A DNA stretch of 64,000 nt, from NCBI GenBank assembly GCA_048213135.1, contig PS015203.1, forward strand, positions 1 to 64,000, read 5' to 3'. Both the position numbers and the translations under genes were made by a program. The notes under the pieces were generated by a model. The model searched no databases. It saw only the letters and a program-made list of their open reading frames with translations, and was not told where the DNA came from. Every line of letters begins with the position of its first letter. Within the stretch, counting starts at the first letter, position 1. The stretch is from Reclinomonas americana ATCC 50394. Its lineage: Eukaryota. Positions 12,176-27,500 of the stretch are shown piece by piece.

Positions 12176-13091
12176 ATGTCGCGCAGTGCTCCTCTCCTCC
12201 TCTTCCTCTTCCTGCTCTGCCTTGTGTGTAGTGTGGCGCACGGCTTGTACCAGTGCACGTCCGACGCGCAGTGTAATGCGCCGTTTGGTTACTGCAGAAA
12301 GTTGTGTGTTTGTGCGTGTGCATTTGTTCGCTGCAGCGTCTGGTTTTCATTCTCTCACACTCCTTCTTCGGAACCCCCCTCTCTCACAGTGCCACGTCCT
12401 CCTGCGTGTGCGGAAACCGTAGCAACGGCAGCGCGAATCTCAACCGCGGTGATCGCTGTCAATGCTTCGCAGGAGGCACACGCGGAGAGTGCAACTCGCG
12501 ACCATTCCCCTTGAACTATTCGCACGCCGGCGCCGTCGGCACATGCATGTCGGCCGACGCCTGTGTGGCTGCCACCGATCTTCTCGCACCCAGTCCACCT
12601 CCAGCTGGTGGTGGGAGCTGCTCAGCTGACCAGCAGTGTAATTCTCCGTTGCGTTCGTTGTTCGTGTGTCGGCAGAAGATGATGATGAAGGTTTGACTGC
12701 CGCTGACATTCACAAACAACGCTGACACAGTTATGGTTTCTGTCGCTCTGGCGCCTGCTTCTGTGGCAACCGCAGCGACCTCTCCACCAACCTCAACCGC
12801 GGACGCTTCTGCCAGTGCTTTGCTGGCGGCCCGAACGGCCAGTGTCAAACGGTGCCGTATCCCAACAACTACTTTTACAACGGTATCTGCGGCTCGGCAA
12901 GTGCCTGTGTCGCGAACACGGAGGCCACCGACTGCAGCGCGTGTCCAAGTGGGCTGTATCAGGTGGCCGCCTGCAATGTCGCCACCGGAACCAATCGCAC
13001 GTGTTCGCCTTGTTCCACCGGCAACTGCCCGGCTGGTCAGTTCCAGTCGGCCGCCTGCTCGGCCACCGCCGACCGCGTCTGCTCTCTGTGC
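12176..13091 (+). CDS. N-terminus of a secreted Cys-rich protein (signal peptide, CxxDxQCNxP[FY]G[YF]C repeats, TNFR-like repeats); probably the 5' end of the 6868-9485 gene
   Basis: Signal peptide MSRSAPLLLFLFLLCLVCSVAHG; ends in CSTGNCPAGQFQSAACSATADRVCSLC, the same repeat as at 9300-9485. Confidence 0.75.
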
Positions 13092-13144
13092 NNNNNNNNN
13101 NNNNNNNNNNNAGCATGAGCGAGTGAGATGATGCCAACAATTGA

Positions 13145-16100
13145 TTAACTGATGCACACGCCCGCAGCGTACGTACCGAGCGAGAGGTTGAGCATTTCGC
13201 CCACTGTGTCGGTCGACACAAAGTCCTGCTCTAGCATCGAGTCGAGTCGCTGCGTTGTGGCCGCAGACTGCACGCGATCCACGTTGGTGAGCGCCACCAA
13301 CACAACAAGTCTCGCAAACTGCGGCCGCGCACTCACCACTCCAGCACTTGCCACAGCTGCATCGCCGTACGACAATCTTGCGCCGAGAAGCACTGCACGA
13401 CCACCAAAAATATGAGTGCGCTGGATGGATGCCACGTCATGTTACCAACACTGAGGCAACTCACCGCTGTTGACTTCCTCGGGCGCCATCGGAGTCATCG
13501 GGCCCCAGTGCGACAGCGTGGCGGCCGGGAGCGGTCCAGGGACTGCCAATGGGTCCTCCTCACCCACCACATCCACATGCAGCGGCACCTGGATGCTCGC
13601 TTCACCACTGGAGACCAGGGGTGAAGGTGACGGTGGTGCGACAGGCGATCGAGGAGCAACGCGCCGTGGTGGAGACGACGGCGGTGACGACGGCGATGCT
13701 GCAGACGACGGCGGCGATTGCGGAACCGAACCTTGCAGTTCTGCCAGTCGACGGGAATGAGAACAACAACAACAACAACAACAGAGAAGAGAGAGAGAGA
13801 GGGAGGGAAGTGAGAACAGCAAACGCACCACCGATGAGAGAGTTGATGACCACGGCGTCTGTGTGTCTGGCTCGCGCCAGTACAATCGCGCGAGCTCGCA
13901 CTCCTTGAATCAGAGCTTGTAGTTGGTCACGGATGCCGGCAGGCGCTTGGTTTAGCTGTATTCGTATCACACAGTGAGACTCATTTCCGGGGAAAATTGT
14001 GTGCTCTCNNNNNNNNNNNNNNNNNNNNACAGTGTCTCACCAATGGATTCTCCATCGACACGGCCGAGATAAACACCGAGGCAGACGACCTGTCACACAA
14101 CTCCACGTGAGACAACACATTGTCAAGGAGAGCATCGCCGACGCGATTTTCGAACTCACCCATCACCCGAGTCGCCGTCGAGCATCGTCGCCACATTGGT
14201 CAAAAACATCCAGGCATACCTGCATCACAAAGCACGAGTGAACCAACTGACCACTGTACACACACACGCTCCACTCGTCCACGTCACGCAACAGCTGGAA
14301 CTCTGCCGGCAGCACAATGACGGCAAAGTCGACAAACTTGAGAGCCTCGGCAATCACATTGAGGTCGAGCGATTCAGGCGACGAGAACGAGCGAATCTGC
14401 GTCGCAGCAGCGAGAGAGAGAGAGAGAGAGAGAGGGTTCAGCCCTTGATGCACCACAGCAGCAGTACCGGTAATTCGCAACACACCAGCTCCGTCAGGAT
14501 CAGAGGCCAGAACGAAATCAAATTCGAGGGAGAGATGCGCGTAATCAACACCCGGAGAGTGAAGAACACCTGCTTCTGCACCTCCGCAGTAGCTCCCGCA
14601 TACGAGCCCTTCAAACAGTCGACTGCACAGCACGAATAAGCAATTCGCCTCTCCCTCCTCCTCCCCTCTCTCCTCGATACTCACCGAGTCGCTCCTGGAT
14701 GGCTGTCAGTTGCGTCAAGTAGAAATCAAAGGGTGCGGCGAACATGGCGAACGAGATGCGTTGCAGAAGGCGAGCGCGCAGAATGCCCTCGGACTCGCGC
14801 GACGCAAACACGTTCATGCTCTGGGTGCTGTTGAATTTGGCTGCGCACACACACACACGCGAATCAGTTTTGCCCGCTTCTCACATCATCGATATTGCAC
14901 AGGAGTGCACAGACGCACCCAACAAGTCCGAGAACGACGGCTTCTCCTGGCACAACATATTGTGCACAATCGGCTTCCACGTCGATATTGTGCTCTTGTC
15001 GGACTCGAAGAAACGGTGGTCGAGGAAAATGTCCCAGGCCTCCTTCCGGAACGCCTTGACCATGTACGGATACTTGCAGAAGGAGCCCATGAGCACCACA
15101 CCAGAGTAGATGTGCTGGCGCGAACTGTGACCCGCGGAGCAAATGAGCGACGAGAGTGCGCAAGTGCGCCTAATGGGAAAGCAACACTGACCACCGCTTC
15201 TTGGAGGTGGTCGGGCGCAGCAGGTTCATCAGCTGCTGAATAGCACCCGAGACCACACTGACGGCGCGGTCCTTGTCGTCAAAGATGCGATCCACGAAAC
15301 CGGCGAGGAACTCGGACAGCGTCATCAGTGGACTCTGCGGGAAGGCGGAACATGAGAAAAGGAGGCCAGTAACATGCACAAGAAGATACATGCTCCGCCG
15401 CACCTGCGACGAGTCGCGCGTCGGATCGACCGTGTCGTCGAGAGCGAACGAAGCTGACGGATCTTGCAGTCTGTGTAGGTGAAGATTAGCCGCAACACTG
15501 GGTGATGAATCAACACAACAATGCCAGCCGCAACTGTGAGCTCGCCGCCTCCTTCACACCACGCTGGAATGTCTTGACCGCAACAGAAATGGAGAACTCT
15601 ACATGCCGACCCACAATATCCTGTCACGAGATATACACGAGGAGTGGTGAGCCGAGTCAAGTCAGGCAGCATGCCCTCCCGCTGCGCGGGGCTGACGTAC
15701 CAGCACGTCGCGCTTGACCTTGCGGTCGTCTAGCACCGCTGGTACCCGTCGAAGCAAGTCCTTCAGGATCCTGCCGACAACACATGAGCACCACCACACA
15801 AATTTGTGCTTCACATACGCGCACGCACCGCAAATGCGCGACGTGGGACCACGGGTGCATGACGCGATTCATGTTGCTGTGCGAGACCACATCCTTCATG
15901 TGCTGACACAACACTGGCACCACCGCGCGCAGCGAGTCGGGCATGGCACACTGACACACGTAGTGCCACAGGAAGCTGTACACGGCTGTCTCTGACCTAT
16001 TGTCACCGTGTCAGACGAAAACATCACTAGCAGAGAGAACCATCAAAGCACCACATACGCACACAGTGGCGTAGAGAGACTGCAGAGCAGCTAGTGTCGC

Positions 16101-19100
16101 CGGATCGGCCGACCGGCGACTCGAAGCTGAGCGCTGTCCGAGAGACTTGACGCGAACGACTTCAGTGGCCACCTGAAGGCCAGCCGCCATGATCGCATCG
16201 GGAGTGGCGCTGTCGACGCAGTTGAGTACCTCTACGACAACTGCGGGCCAGTCGCTGTCAGCTTGCGCATCGAGACCGTCCTCGAACTGTGGACATGTGT
16301 AAGTCCACCACCCTACCGCACGAGCGTTAACGACGACGACGCAACGACCAACTCCGGCCACAGCTGACTGATGGCGCAAATCAGCTGCAAGGGGTAGTGC
16401 AAGAGCAGAGGATCCACAAAGCGCAGGATGGGCTTCTCGATGCTGACTTTGGTGTGCAGACCGCCAAGTCGTGGTGCTTGTGGAGCGGCACCCTGCAAGC
16501 ACCAATCAGTCACACTGTCGCCGCTGCATCACGTCTCAACGTAGGCGCAGCAAATTCCGCACCTTGGCCAACGACGGTACTCTCAGACACTTCCACACCG
16601 TGAAGAGCGACTTGAGCACTCCAGAGAGCGAGCTGAAAATGTACGTGTGCGCCTGTACCATCAATCACCAGTCAGCATCACACAGCCGTGGCAGGATTGG
16701 GAGTAGGTGGAGGGGTGAGATNNNNNNNNNNNNNNNNNNNNNNNNNNNNNNNNNNNNNNNNNNNNNNNNNNNNNNNNNNNNNNNNNNNNNNNNNNTCCTG
16801 CAGCGACCGAAACAAGAAAGACATGGTTGACCGATAGTTTTCCCCTCATTACAGTGACGTGAGCACCAACCTCGAGCCACTCGGTCGTGTCCAAGCCCGC
16901 ATCTGTGACCGGCGACTGTGCACCAGCGCCAACCACAGATATGATCGGCAAACCGCCGGGGCCTGGACGATGTCGAATCATGGTCGATTTGGACACGGCC
17001 GCCGCCAAACCAGTGTGAATGATGCTCAAGAAGTGCGCCGACGTCACAAACGAGTCGGGCGAGATGCCACCGAGAATCAACTCCAGCTCGGTACCACCGA
17101 TAACTTCTGAAGCGCAAGAGACGAGTGCGTGAGCAAACGCATCGGCGACGACGCCATCGGTGAGTGTGTGTTGACTCACCAAACTGATCCTCGCGTCGCT
17201 GGCTGTCCGAGTCGCACGGATACTCTGCATGTTTGTGCGTGTGGTGTTGGCAAACGAGAGTATGCGATTCTCCCACCTTCGCACACATACATGCACGCAA
17301 CGAGGGAAAAGAGAGAGAATCGACGAGGCCCACGAGCCGACCTCGGCCGACGCACGCAGCGGAGGACGCCCGTCTACGCTGCGCTGCTTGCTCTGGTACT
17401 GCACCGAATCGAACTCGTACAGACGCACCAGCACCGAATGAATGAGGGCCAGCAACTACACACACAACACCACACGTCAGAAGGAATTGAAGTGGAACCA
17501 TCGAGACACAACCCCCTCCCGCATCAAGACGAAACGTGGACTTGCAGCACAGGATCGGCGTGCTCGACAGCGACGCGCAGGTGATGGAGCGCCATGTTGG
17601 CCAGCGAGGCCGCGCACAGGACCGATCGCTTCAGCGGGCGCATGTGGAACAGCAGCGATCGGAGCAGGAACACACTGCAGGCAAAATGGCAAAAGGTTAC
17701 GCTCTGGCAAAAATAGCCAACACTCAAATGTCACACCAACCTGTTGGTGCGGATTGCCGCCGCGCTGACAGCGTCCTCCACACGCAAGTCACCGTAGCCG
17801 TACACGACCAGCCGCGAGCACACACCGAGCAGCAATCCAAGGTAATCCTCGGAGCTTAGCAGCGACGTGCGGGAAGCACCGATGCCCATGTACTCGTCTG
17901 ATCGTGATCGCGCACCCGTGAATACATCCCTTCATCTCACACCAACCCTCCTCTTTGTTCCCCCACGTACCATCAGCAAACTGCGGCGGGCACACATTGG
18001 TGGCAAAACTGTTGTACAGCGACCGAGTGACTCGGCGCGTGGCCAGCGCCTCGATGAAATCCACTGGACACACTTCGAGAATGGACTGGATCTTGCGCAG
18101 CGAATACAGCGTGCGTCTGCACAACATATACGTCAAGACACGCACACCGCCGTGTTTTTTTCACAAGGCCACACACACACACCCCTCATCCAGCATCAGC
18201 TGTGTTGTGCTGCCATTCTGTCGGCCGTACGCGAGAAACTCGTCGTCGTACAGCAGCCACAGCAGTGGATCCAGCAGACGATTCACATTGGCGACCACGG
18301 CATCGCGCATCCACGTGCGTCCAAGCAACTGCAGATTTGGCTGTGTGGCATAAACCGTGTCGAGCATCAGGGCCAATCCGGTCTCCAGACCACACTCGTT
18401 CGGCTTCAGCTCGTCGAGAATACGCCAGAAGAGTGCGTAGCGGCAGTACGGCTCCAGGAAAAAGTTCTTGCTCGTCGAATCCTTGCGCACCATGTCGTCT
18501 GCATCGCAGTGAGGATGTGAGGAAGACGTCAACAAGAGTGCATGCGCCTGCGACTCTGCACACTTGCCTGTGATGACACGCTGGCACGTGTCGACGCACA
18601 ACTCGTTCAACTCGATGAACATTTTGGCGGCCTCAAAGTGATGCGCGGCAGCATCAAGCGCCAAGAAATTCCACAGCTGCCGAGAGACCATAACGCGTGT
18701 GTGCGTCGATGAAGGTCGACACAACATAAATCAACTGCATGCCGTGCGCGCGCCTTACCTGCGAGGCAATGATGCGCGGATAGTCCGAGTAGTACAACAT
18801 GTGCTCCATCACGGCTGGCGGGTAACCGAGGTGCACCACCGAGAAGAGATCCAAGAAGGCGCGGATACCCGACGACGCCACGTACACATCCGGCAACTGC
18901 GCAGAAACACATGCGTTACATACCACCGACGCCTATCTTCGTCAACACGACAAACACGAACCTCGCAGAACTTGATCAGCGCAGCAAAGTGCAGACCAGG
19001 GAACGCGTCGGCCGACGGTACCGCCGTGTGTACGCCCTTTAACTTCTGCCACTCAGTGCGCACGGCGATAAACTCATGCACAAGCTGCGAGAAGCCGTGT

Positions 19101-22079
19101 GGGTCGGCAGGAACGCCGTACAGAGTCTCCGTCTGCATTCGCACGGTCATACACGTGCACAAATTTTCACCACGACGAAGACGACGACGACGCAACATCG
19201 GCTGGACCCTCGGACGGGGGCGGATCCTGCGAGGCCACCGACGGCAGATCCTCGTGCGACGCAATCGCCTTGGCCACGCTGCTCGTGGAGACTGTGGTCT
19301 CCAAAATCACCAACACCGACGTGATGAGACGCACAATCTCAGGCAAGTCCTCGGTGGCGTGTGCCTGCACTGCGACCACGCGTGCACTAAAGAATTCGGC
19401 GAGGAACTTTTGGTAGAGCAGGCGCGCATGCACCACGTCACAAAACGCCGGCAATACACGGGACGACACGCCATACGACATGTCCATGCGATTGATCTGG
19501 CGAGGTTTCCCCGCAAGTCAGCACTGCATCAAACGACACGAGATGACAGGGAAACTCGGATGCACTGACCAGCTTCAACGCCAGCTGCAGTGCCGCGTAA
19601 ATCATGAGGAAGTCTGCCTCGTGCACGTAGTCCTGTGGGGAAGAAGTGATGATGAGTATCTCGCAGGTGTCATCATCCGCAGTTGTTTCACACGCAACGA
19701 AGCAAAACTTGGTCACCGACAGCAGCATCCGCGGAAAGTGTTTCCACACCACGGCCTCGCTCTTCGGCAGCACGTCAAGCGTGTAAATCAGCATGTGGAA
19801 GCGCTGTGCGATGCAGCGTGGGCGTGAGTTTCTAGCCGTGCTCGGTACAGTGTCAAAACTCGACAAGTCACCTCGACATCACCACTGTCCGTGATGTTTG
19901 TGGTGGCCAGCAGCGACTCGATGCACATCCACACATCCTCGTAGGTGACGAGCTCAAAGAACCGCTGCTGCGCCTCGGTCAGCTGCGCGACGACCCCATG
20001 GGAGTCAGCCACAAAACTGCAACGTATCGAGTGCACGTATCAATTGCACACAAAACACACCGCCCCGTTTGACATGTAGATTGCGCGCAGTGCCGGCACC
20101 ACAATGTACGGCACAATGTCCATGTCGATGAGCTCCGAGCGCGACACAATGTTGGTCGCCACGCGGAAGGCGCGGTCCAGAATGGCGGCGTTGACCTTGC
20201 TCGTGTTGACGGCAGCACCCGAGGATGCAGCATCGCCACTCACACTCGTGTCCGCACTACCGCCACTCCCAGCCGCTCCCGCTGCTCCCCCAGCAGAGCC
20301 ACCCGCCGATGAGCCGGCATTCGGCATCGGCAGTGCCGAGACCAGGAACAGATTCTGTGAATATAAACACCCGTCGATGCATCAGCCTCCAACGCAGGAT
20401 TAGATAGAAACAGTAGCTCGCACCTGCAACCCTTCGATCAGGAAGCCGCGGGAGTACTCCATGAAATACTCACGGTCGAATTCGCCACCACCGTACAGCC
20501 AACTAAAGAAGCGACGCATGATGGGAACCTCCCGTGAGGCCAGTGTCGGCAACGAGGCCTTGAGCAGCAACAGCTTGTGACTCGGATCAAACATGCTGTG
20601 TTGGATGGTGAGTTGCGGAGCTCACACGAGACAGATAATGTCGCTGTGACGCAACTCGTCGCTGAACGGCACCAGAGTGGTGATAAAGTCCAGTGATCCA
20701 CGCTGCACCAACACGGCCTGATCTTGCACGCAGGCACACAGCGACTTGAGCACCACACCGCGTTGTCGTTGCAGGCAGTTGCGCATGACTGTGTCGACGG
20801 AAGCATGAGGAATACACTTCCATCATCACCGTCTGGACACATACACGCACACACCTGGGGCACCGTCCTTTGACAACTTCTCGTTGAGGTAGTTGAAGCC
20901 GCCGAGTCGGTACTGTGCACACAACAAGAGACCCTCGAAGATGGCGCGGTAAAACTCGTCTGGGCTCGTCATCTCCTCAATGTAGTCCAGAAAGTCGCGG
21001 ACCTGACGGGAGACACAAGTGGTCAGTTGCGCTGTGGCGGCATGCATGTCGCGCGTGAGTGCACGTGCCTTGTCAAACACATCGGTGCCTGGCTCCTCCA
21101 TGCCAGGCAGCAGAGCCAACACCAGACCCGGCAACGCCGGAGCGAGTGCCGCTTGCAACTTGTCCACCAAGTGCTCACGAATCAGGGCCAGCACTTGCGG
21201 CTGTACGCATACATGCACAGTCACGACCACTACCTCTCACACACAATCACACGCACACGCGTGCGCACCCTAATCTGCACAGAGGCTCGCTGAAAGAATG
21301 GAAACAAGCCGACGCTGTACAGCGGCAGATCCCGCGCCAGTGTGGACGGCTGTACATTCACCGACACGCGTAATGAGCAAAGGAAGCGCGCGTGATGCCT
21401 GTGCCTCGAGAGCGACAACGTGCCTCCATGCGATTCAAGATAATGGCATACGTTTCCAACACCTTCATGTGCACGCCACCCGGCAGCGCCGGATTCAAGC
21501 ACTGCGCCAGTCGCTTGGCCACCGTGACCTTGTCCTGCGCACCGCTGTGAGGGAAGGCACACACACATACAGCATGCAACAGCAGCAAGCAGCGCAACTG
21601 GCACAGTGGTGAACTCGTTGAAGCGTTGAAACGTCTGCATGCACTTAATGAGCCATCGCAATCACAGCAGCGAACAACAACAACAACAACAGAGCGACAG
21701 TGCCTTTTGCAGTCTTTGCAAGCAGCGAATGAGATCGGCCCTGCACAAGAACACACACAATCAATCACACTCTGTCGTGCTGAACAAGCCGCGTGCACAT
21801 GAGCGTGCGAGGGAGAGACGCACCACTCGCGCACTTGATCAAACAATCTGCAATCACATCATCAATGTGAGAAATGCATGCGCACGCTTGCATCACACGA
21901 CATACTCACCGCAACACCGCCTGCATCTCATCCGCGAACGGGCGATAGCGCGACTTGCGCGATTCTGCATGTGCGTGTGTGAGAGAGAGCAAGAACCAAA
22001 ATGAACAACATGGCGCACACGCGCTCACACAGACACACACGCGTGCTCGCCACTCACCCATCTCCTCCATTGACTCCAT
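13145..22079 (-). CDS. DOP1: Dopey family protein (DOP1), many exons, spanning two gaps
   Basis: Dopey_N signature [63 protein letters not shown]; Dopey_[19 protein letters not shown]; probable terminal MLEQDF motif near 13230 (3' end approximate). Confidence 0.9.
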
Positions 22080-22172
22080 CGCTAACAATGCGCACACGTG
22101 TGTGTGCGTGTGTGTATCGATGGCAATCACAGTCGAGCGCGGATCGACTAAAATCTTCACTTGCCAGTCACA

Positions 22173-23072
22173 ATGATGAAGAGAAGATTACACGTGCTTG
22201 TTCTCTCGTGTTTGCTGCTTGTGTGTGTGTGCGATGCGGGGAGAGCGCCACTGACATACCACCCCGACACGCGCTTGTACACGGTCGATGTGGTGTTTGG
22301 AATCAGTGATGACACGGGTGACTTGGCGTCGCCTCCACTGCCCATGGTGTTTGACACTGGTGAGTGAGCAAAAAGTGTGTGTGAGTGAGTGTGAGCAAGA
22401 GCAAGTGACAGATGCCTTATGTGTCGCAGGGAGCTACTGGACGATGGCGATCTGTTGCTCGGCGACTGACACCTCGGCGGGATGCTCGTCGCCGCGCGTG
22501 TTGCCACTGTGCAGTTGAGTGCCTCACACTGTGCCACGTACACTCATGGCATCCTCACTCGGTTGTCCGCAGGCGATCGACCACTGAAGGTGTCAGAGTT
22601 GCGCATTGATGGCACCACGGTGTCGATGCGTGGCGAGTACTACTCGAGGTACACGCTGGCGGTGCCTGGGGCGCTGCCAAACAAGAGCGACAAGACGTAC
22701 GATCTGTTTGCTGGCACCCCGCAGGGCGATTCGTCGCCCTTCTACTGGGGCAACACCAAGGGTCAGCTGGGCTCCGCCGGTCTCATTGTGGTGCGCGACA
22801 GCGTGGTGCAGTTTCTCGGCTTCTACCAGCTGGCCTCGCAGCAGCAGGTGACACGCTTTGCGTTGGATTTGCACGGCTCGTCGGGCGCCAGCTTCTTGAC
22901 CACCGACACGGATGTGGACACGGGCGGCACTCTGTTGGCCTCGGAGCCGTACCTGGGTGGTGTGAACACGCGCAGTCATGTGTTGCGCATCTACCACCTG
23001 ACTGCGTGTGGCGTGGACTTGTTCTCGTACTACGCCTCCAACTGGTTGACGCTGGTCGACACGGGCTCGCGA
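22173..23072 (+). CDS. Secreted pepsin-like aspartic protease (3' truncated by gap)
   Basis: Signal peptide; two catalytic motifs, MVFDTG(S) near 22350 and TLVDTGS near 23060. Confidence 0.7.
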
Positions 23073-23404
23073 NNNNNNNNNNNNNNNNNNNNNNNNNNNN
23101 NNNNNNNNNNNNNNNNNNNNNNNNNNNNNNNNNNNNNNNNNNNNNNNNNNNNNNNNNNNNNNNNNNNNNNNNNNNNNNNNNNNNNNNNNNNNNNNNNNNN
23201 NNNNNNNNNNNNNNNNNNNNNNNNNNNNNNNNNNNNNNNNNNNNNNNNNNNNNNNNNNNNNNNNNNNNNNNNNNNNNNNNNNNNNNNNNNNNNNNNNNNN
23301 NNNNNNNNNNNNNNNNNNNNNNNNNNNNNNNNNNNNNNNNNNNNNNNNNNNNNNNNNNNNNNNNNNNGCTGATTGTGACTCACTCTCTCTCTCTCGCTGT
23401 GCAG

Positions 23405-24499
<1,095 letters not shown>

Positions 24500-24596
24500 C
24501 ACGATACGCTGCCCGTTCGGCTACACCCGGGATGAATACACGACGTGGTTTTCGTTTACTGATGACGCGTTCATGGCACACAACTCGATCGACCGC

Positions 24597-27500
24597 TCAA
24601 AAGTCCAGTGGGAACTTGGCTTGCTGTGCTCGGCAGGCAGTGGTGAGTGAGTTGGCCACTGGCAATAGAAGAAAGACAGAGCTCACCGTGTAGCCGGACT
24701 GATGCAAGTAATTCAACTCGTCAGTCATGTATTCGGCATACTGCTTACGGTTGACTCCGGCGCAGCACTCCTGAATGACGCGCAACAGGTGCTCAAACGT
24801 GTACGCGTAACTCGTCGCACCTGCACGAAAGGATGGTGAGTATCACAGATACATTGGAGAGTATCAGCAGTGACGACAGCGCGCACCGAGGGCCAGCACT
24901 TTCGAGGTGCGCACGCCGACATTGTGGGACTCGCTGCCAAAGACCACCACTGGAGTCATTGCACCGTCCCTTCGCATGTCGGTGATGTGGCTATGTGGTG
25001 TCAAAATAAGCACTCAGAAGGAAACAATCTCGGCTGCGTGCGAACAGTGACGCAACCTGCGCATGGCACGAAGCAACTGGCACGCTTGCGCCTCAGAGTT
25101 GATGCGGTGCGTTCCACCATAGTACGTGATCACTGCACCGCTCGTAGTGAGAACGGACTGCACAGCCTGCTCTGCTCTTGCAACACGCACCGAGATCGAA
25201 TGGGATTTGGGCCTTGGCAGCGCGCACAAGCACCCGAAGAGCTCGCTTGATGGTTGTTGCGTGTGTCACCACGGCGCACTTGGCGTCGGTGGTGTCCAGC
25301 CACTGGCGGCGAGTGATGAACAAGTAGTCGCGTACACATCGCTGGAAGAAGCGGGTGATGAGCACGCTCCACTTGTACTGCGGTCCGACCCACAAAATCT
25401 TGCGCTCATAGAGCAGGCGGCCGACTCTGCACCAGAGTAAGCACATTGCATGTATTGTGCGAAAACAAAGATTGGTGGGTACAACAAACTTGAGCACTGG
25501 GTTCGTGGCCTCGTTGATTCTCGACAGGTAGCCTTCGACGCCGGTAAAGTCGGTGAATCCTGTACAGCACGACAATGTGTCAGTCACAGTACTAGTCGCC
25601 AGGCATGCCAGTGAGTGCATTCTAATGCCACACCAACCTTTGGAGTTCCACGTCAGCACATGCACACCCTCGTGCCTCCGATAGTACTCGATCTGCATGG
25701 GTTTTGCACGAATAAACAACGAGCAGTCCTGAACAAAGAGATCTCCACCGTTTCACACAAAGAAACCTGATGCGGCTTCATGTCCGGCAGAATGGCATAC
25801 GCCGCCGGCGTGTCGCCACCAAACATGGACATCATTTCTGTGGTCGCCAAGAATTATCAGCACCGTGGGAGAACGCAGAATCACGCGTGTATGGTCTCAC
25901 CACTGCGCAGCTCATTCAAGTAGCCGTCGCTGAAGCTGAAGCCGACAAACAGCAGCGTGCAGGTCGACATGACCGACATGAGGAATGTGCGATACGGTGT
26001 CCTGCAAAAAACAACAGTGGTCGTCGTGAGCTTGGAATGCTTACTCAGTGAGAAGGCACCGACGATGGAAGAGTCGCACTTGTACAGCAGGTTGCGGTAT
26101 CCCTGACGGGTGAACACCAATGGACCAGTGCCCGTGGTCGATCCGTGCACCTGCACGACCGGTGGAACATTGGTGGCTGTGCACATAACCGTCAGACCTC
26201 GCTGCCCCTCAATGATAGCGCGACAGAAACTAACCATAGTCGAACTCTTCCGCCTTCATCACCTCGTTCCACCAGCGGTCTACGGAAGGCGGACGGAGGA
26301 AAGAGCGGAAAGCGTCGGCGCCGTCGAACGGTGTCTTGCCCGACAGCAGCGAGTCGAAATTGGTCGTCAACTGCACAGCCAGAGATGAGATGTGCACGAA
26401 TATGCGCATGACACGGCTCGATAATGAGTGCGACGCACGATTCCACGGAAAGGAATGGAGAGCAAGAGTCGCAAGCGGTTTTTCATCTTGGGTGGAAGAG
26501 TGCCACCTGCAGAGAGTGGCACAGATGACATCAGTGGTCTTACCAGTGTTGTCTTCTCGAATGAGGATGCGGAGTACGCACCTGGCAGCGTCAGCACTTG
26601 ACCACACAGCAGTTTGAGCTGCACGCGGTCCAAGTTCAGTACTGAGAAAATGTTGAGAGAGACACGATAACACGAAACTTGCTCGGGTCCGAGGTGGTCT
26701 TCGAGGACTTGCGCAGCGGCATCGAACTCACGAGCATCGAGGAACGACAGCGTGCCGGCAACATCCGCTTCCGAAAACTGATCCGGATATAGCTCGCGCG
26801 CGAGGCGGGCCATGTTGCGCACAAGGCCATCCCATCTATTTACCAAGTGGTGAGTTAGTCATATCCGACATGAGTGCCAACCACGACAACACGCAACGTG
26901 GGGAAACCGGCCGGTGCCGAGAAGCCACTGCCCACGAATGCCACCACATTGCCGCGCCGCACAGCTTCAAGGAGCTCTGGAGGAACGTCGCTGAGGTTGG
27001 CGGTGGTCTCAATGAGATCGAGATCCGTACGTTCCATCAACATGGGGCCGCCGGGTGTGAGCGGAGGCTCCGACAGGGAGCGCTCCATGTGCATGCCGAA
27101 AATGTCGTCGCTGGACGACCCAGAATCCGAGACTGCGCGCGGCAATGAGCACCACTCACACAGCACAACAGAGACACCCCAAAACGCACACACGGATCCG
27201 GAATCCATCGATGACTGCGGCGTCTCCGATCGACTCGGCGGGTGTAATGGGGCTGCCGATGCAAAGTCGCCGGGTTTGGCCATCCACGTGGGTACGCGCA
27301 TGTGCGCTGCGCAGAACAAGTCGCCCTGAGGCCAGCACGATTGAGCAACGACGAAGAGTGCTCACACCAAACCTTCAACTTGCGATATCGCGTCGTCATC
27401 GCCGTCATCGTCATCGAGGTCGTCAGCAAACAGATCGTGGTCATCGGAAGCCGCCGCAGAATCTGCTATGCAAGCAGTGTCGTGAGAAGAGGAACGGGGG

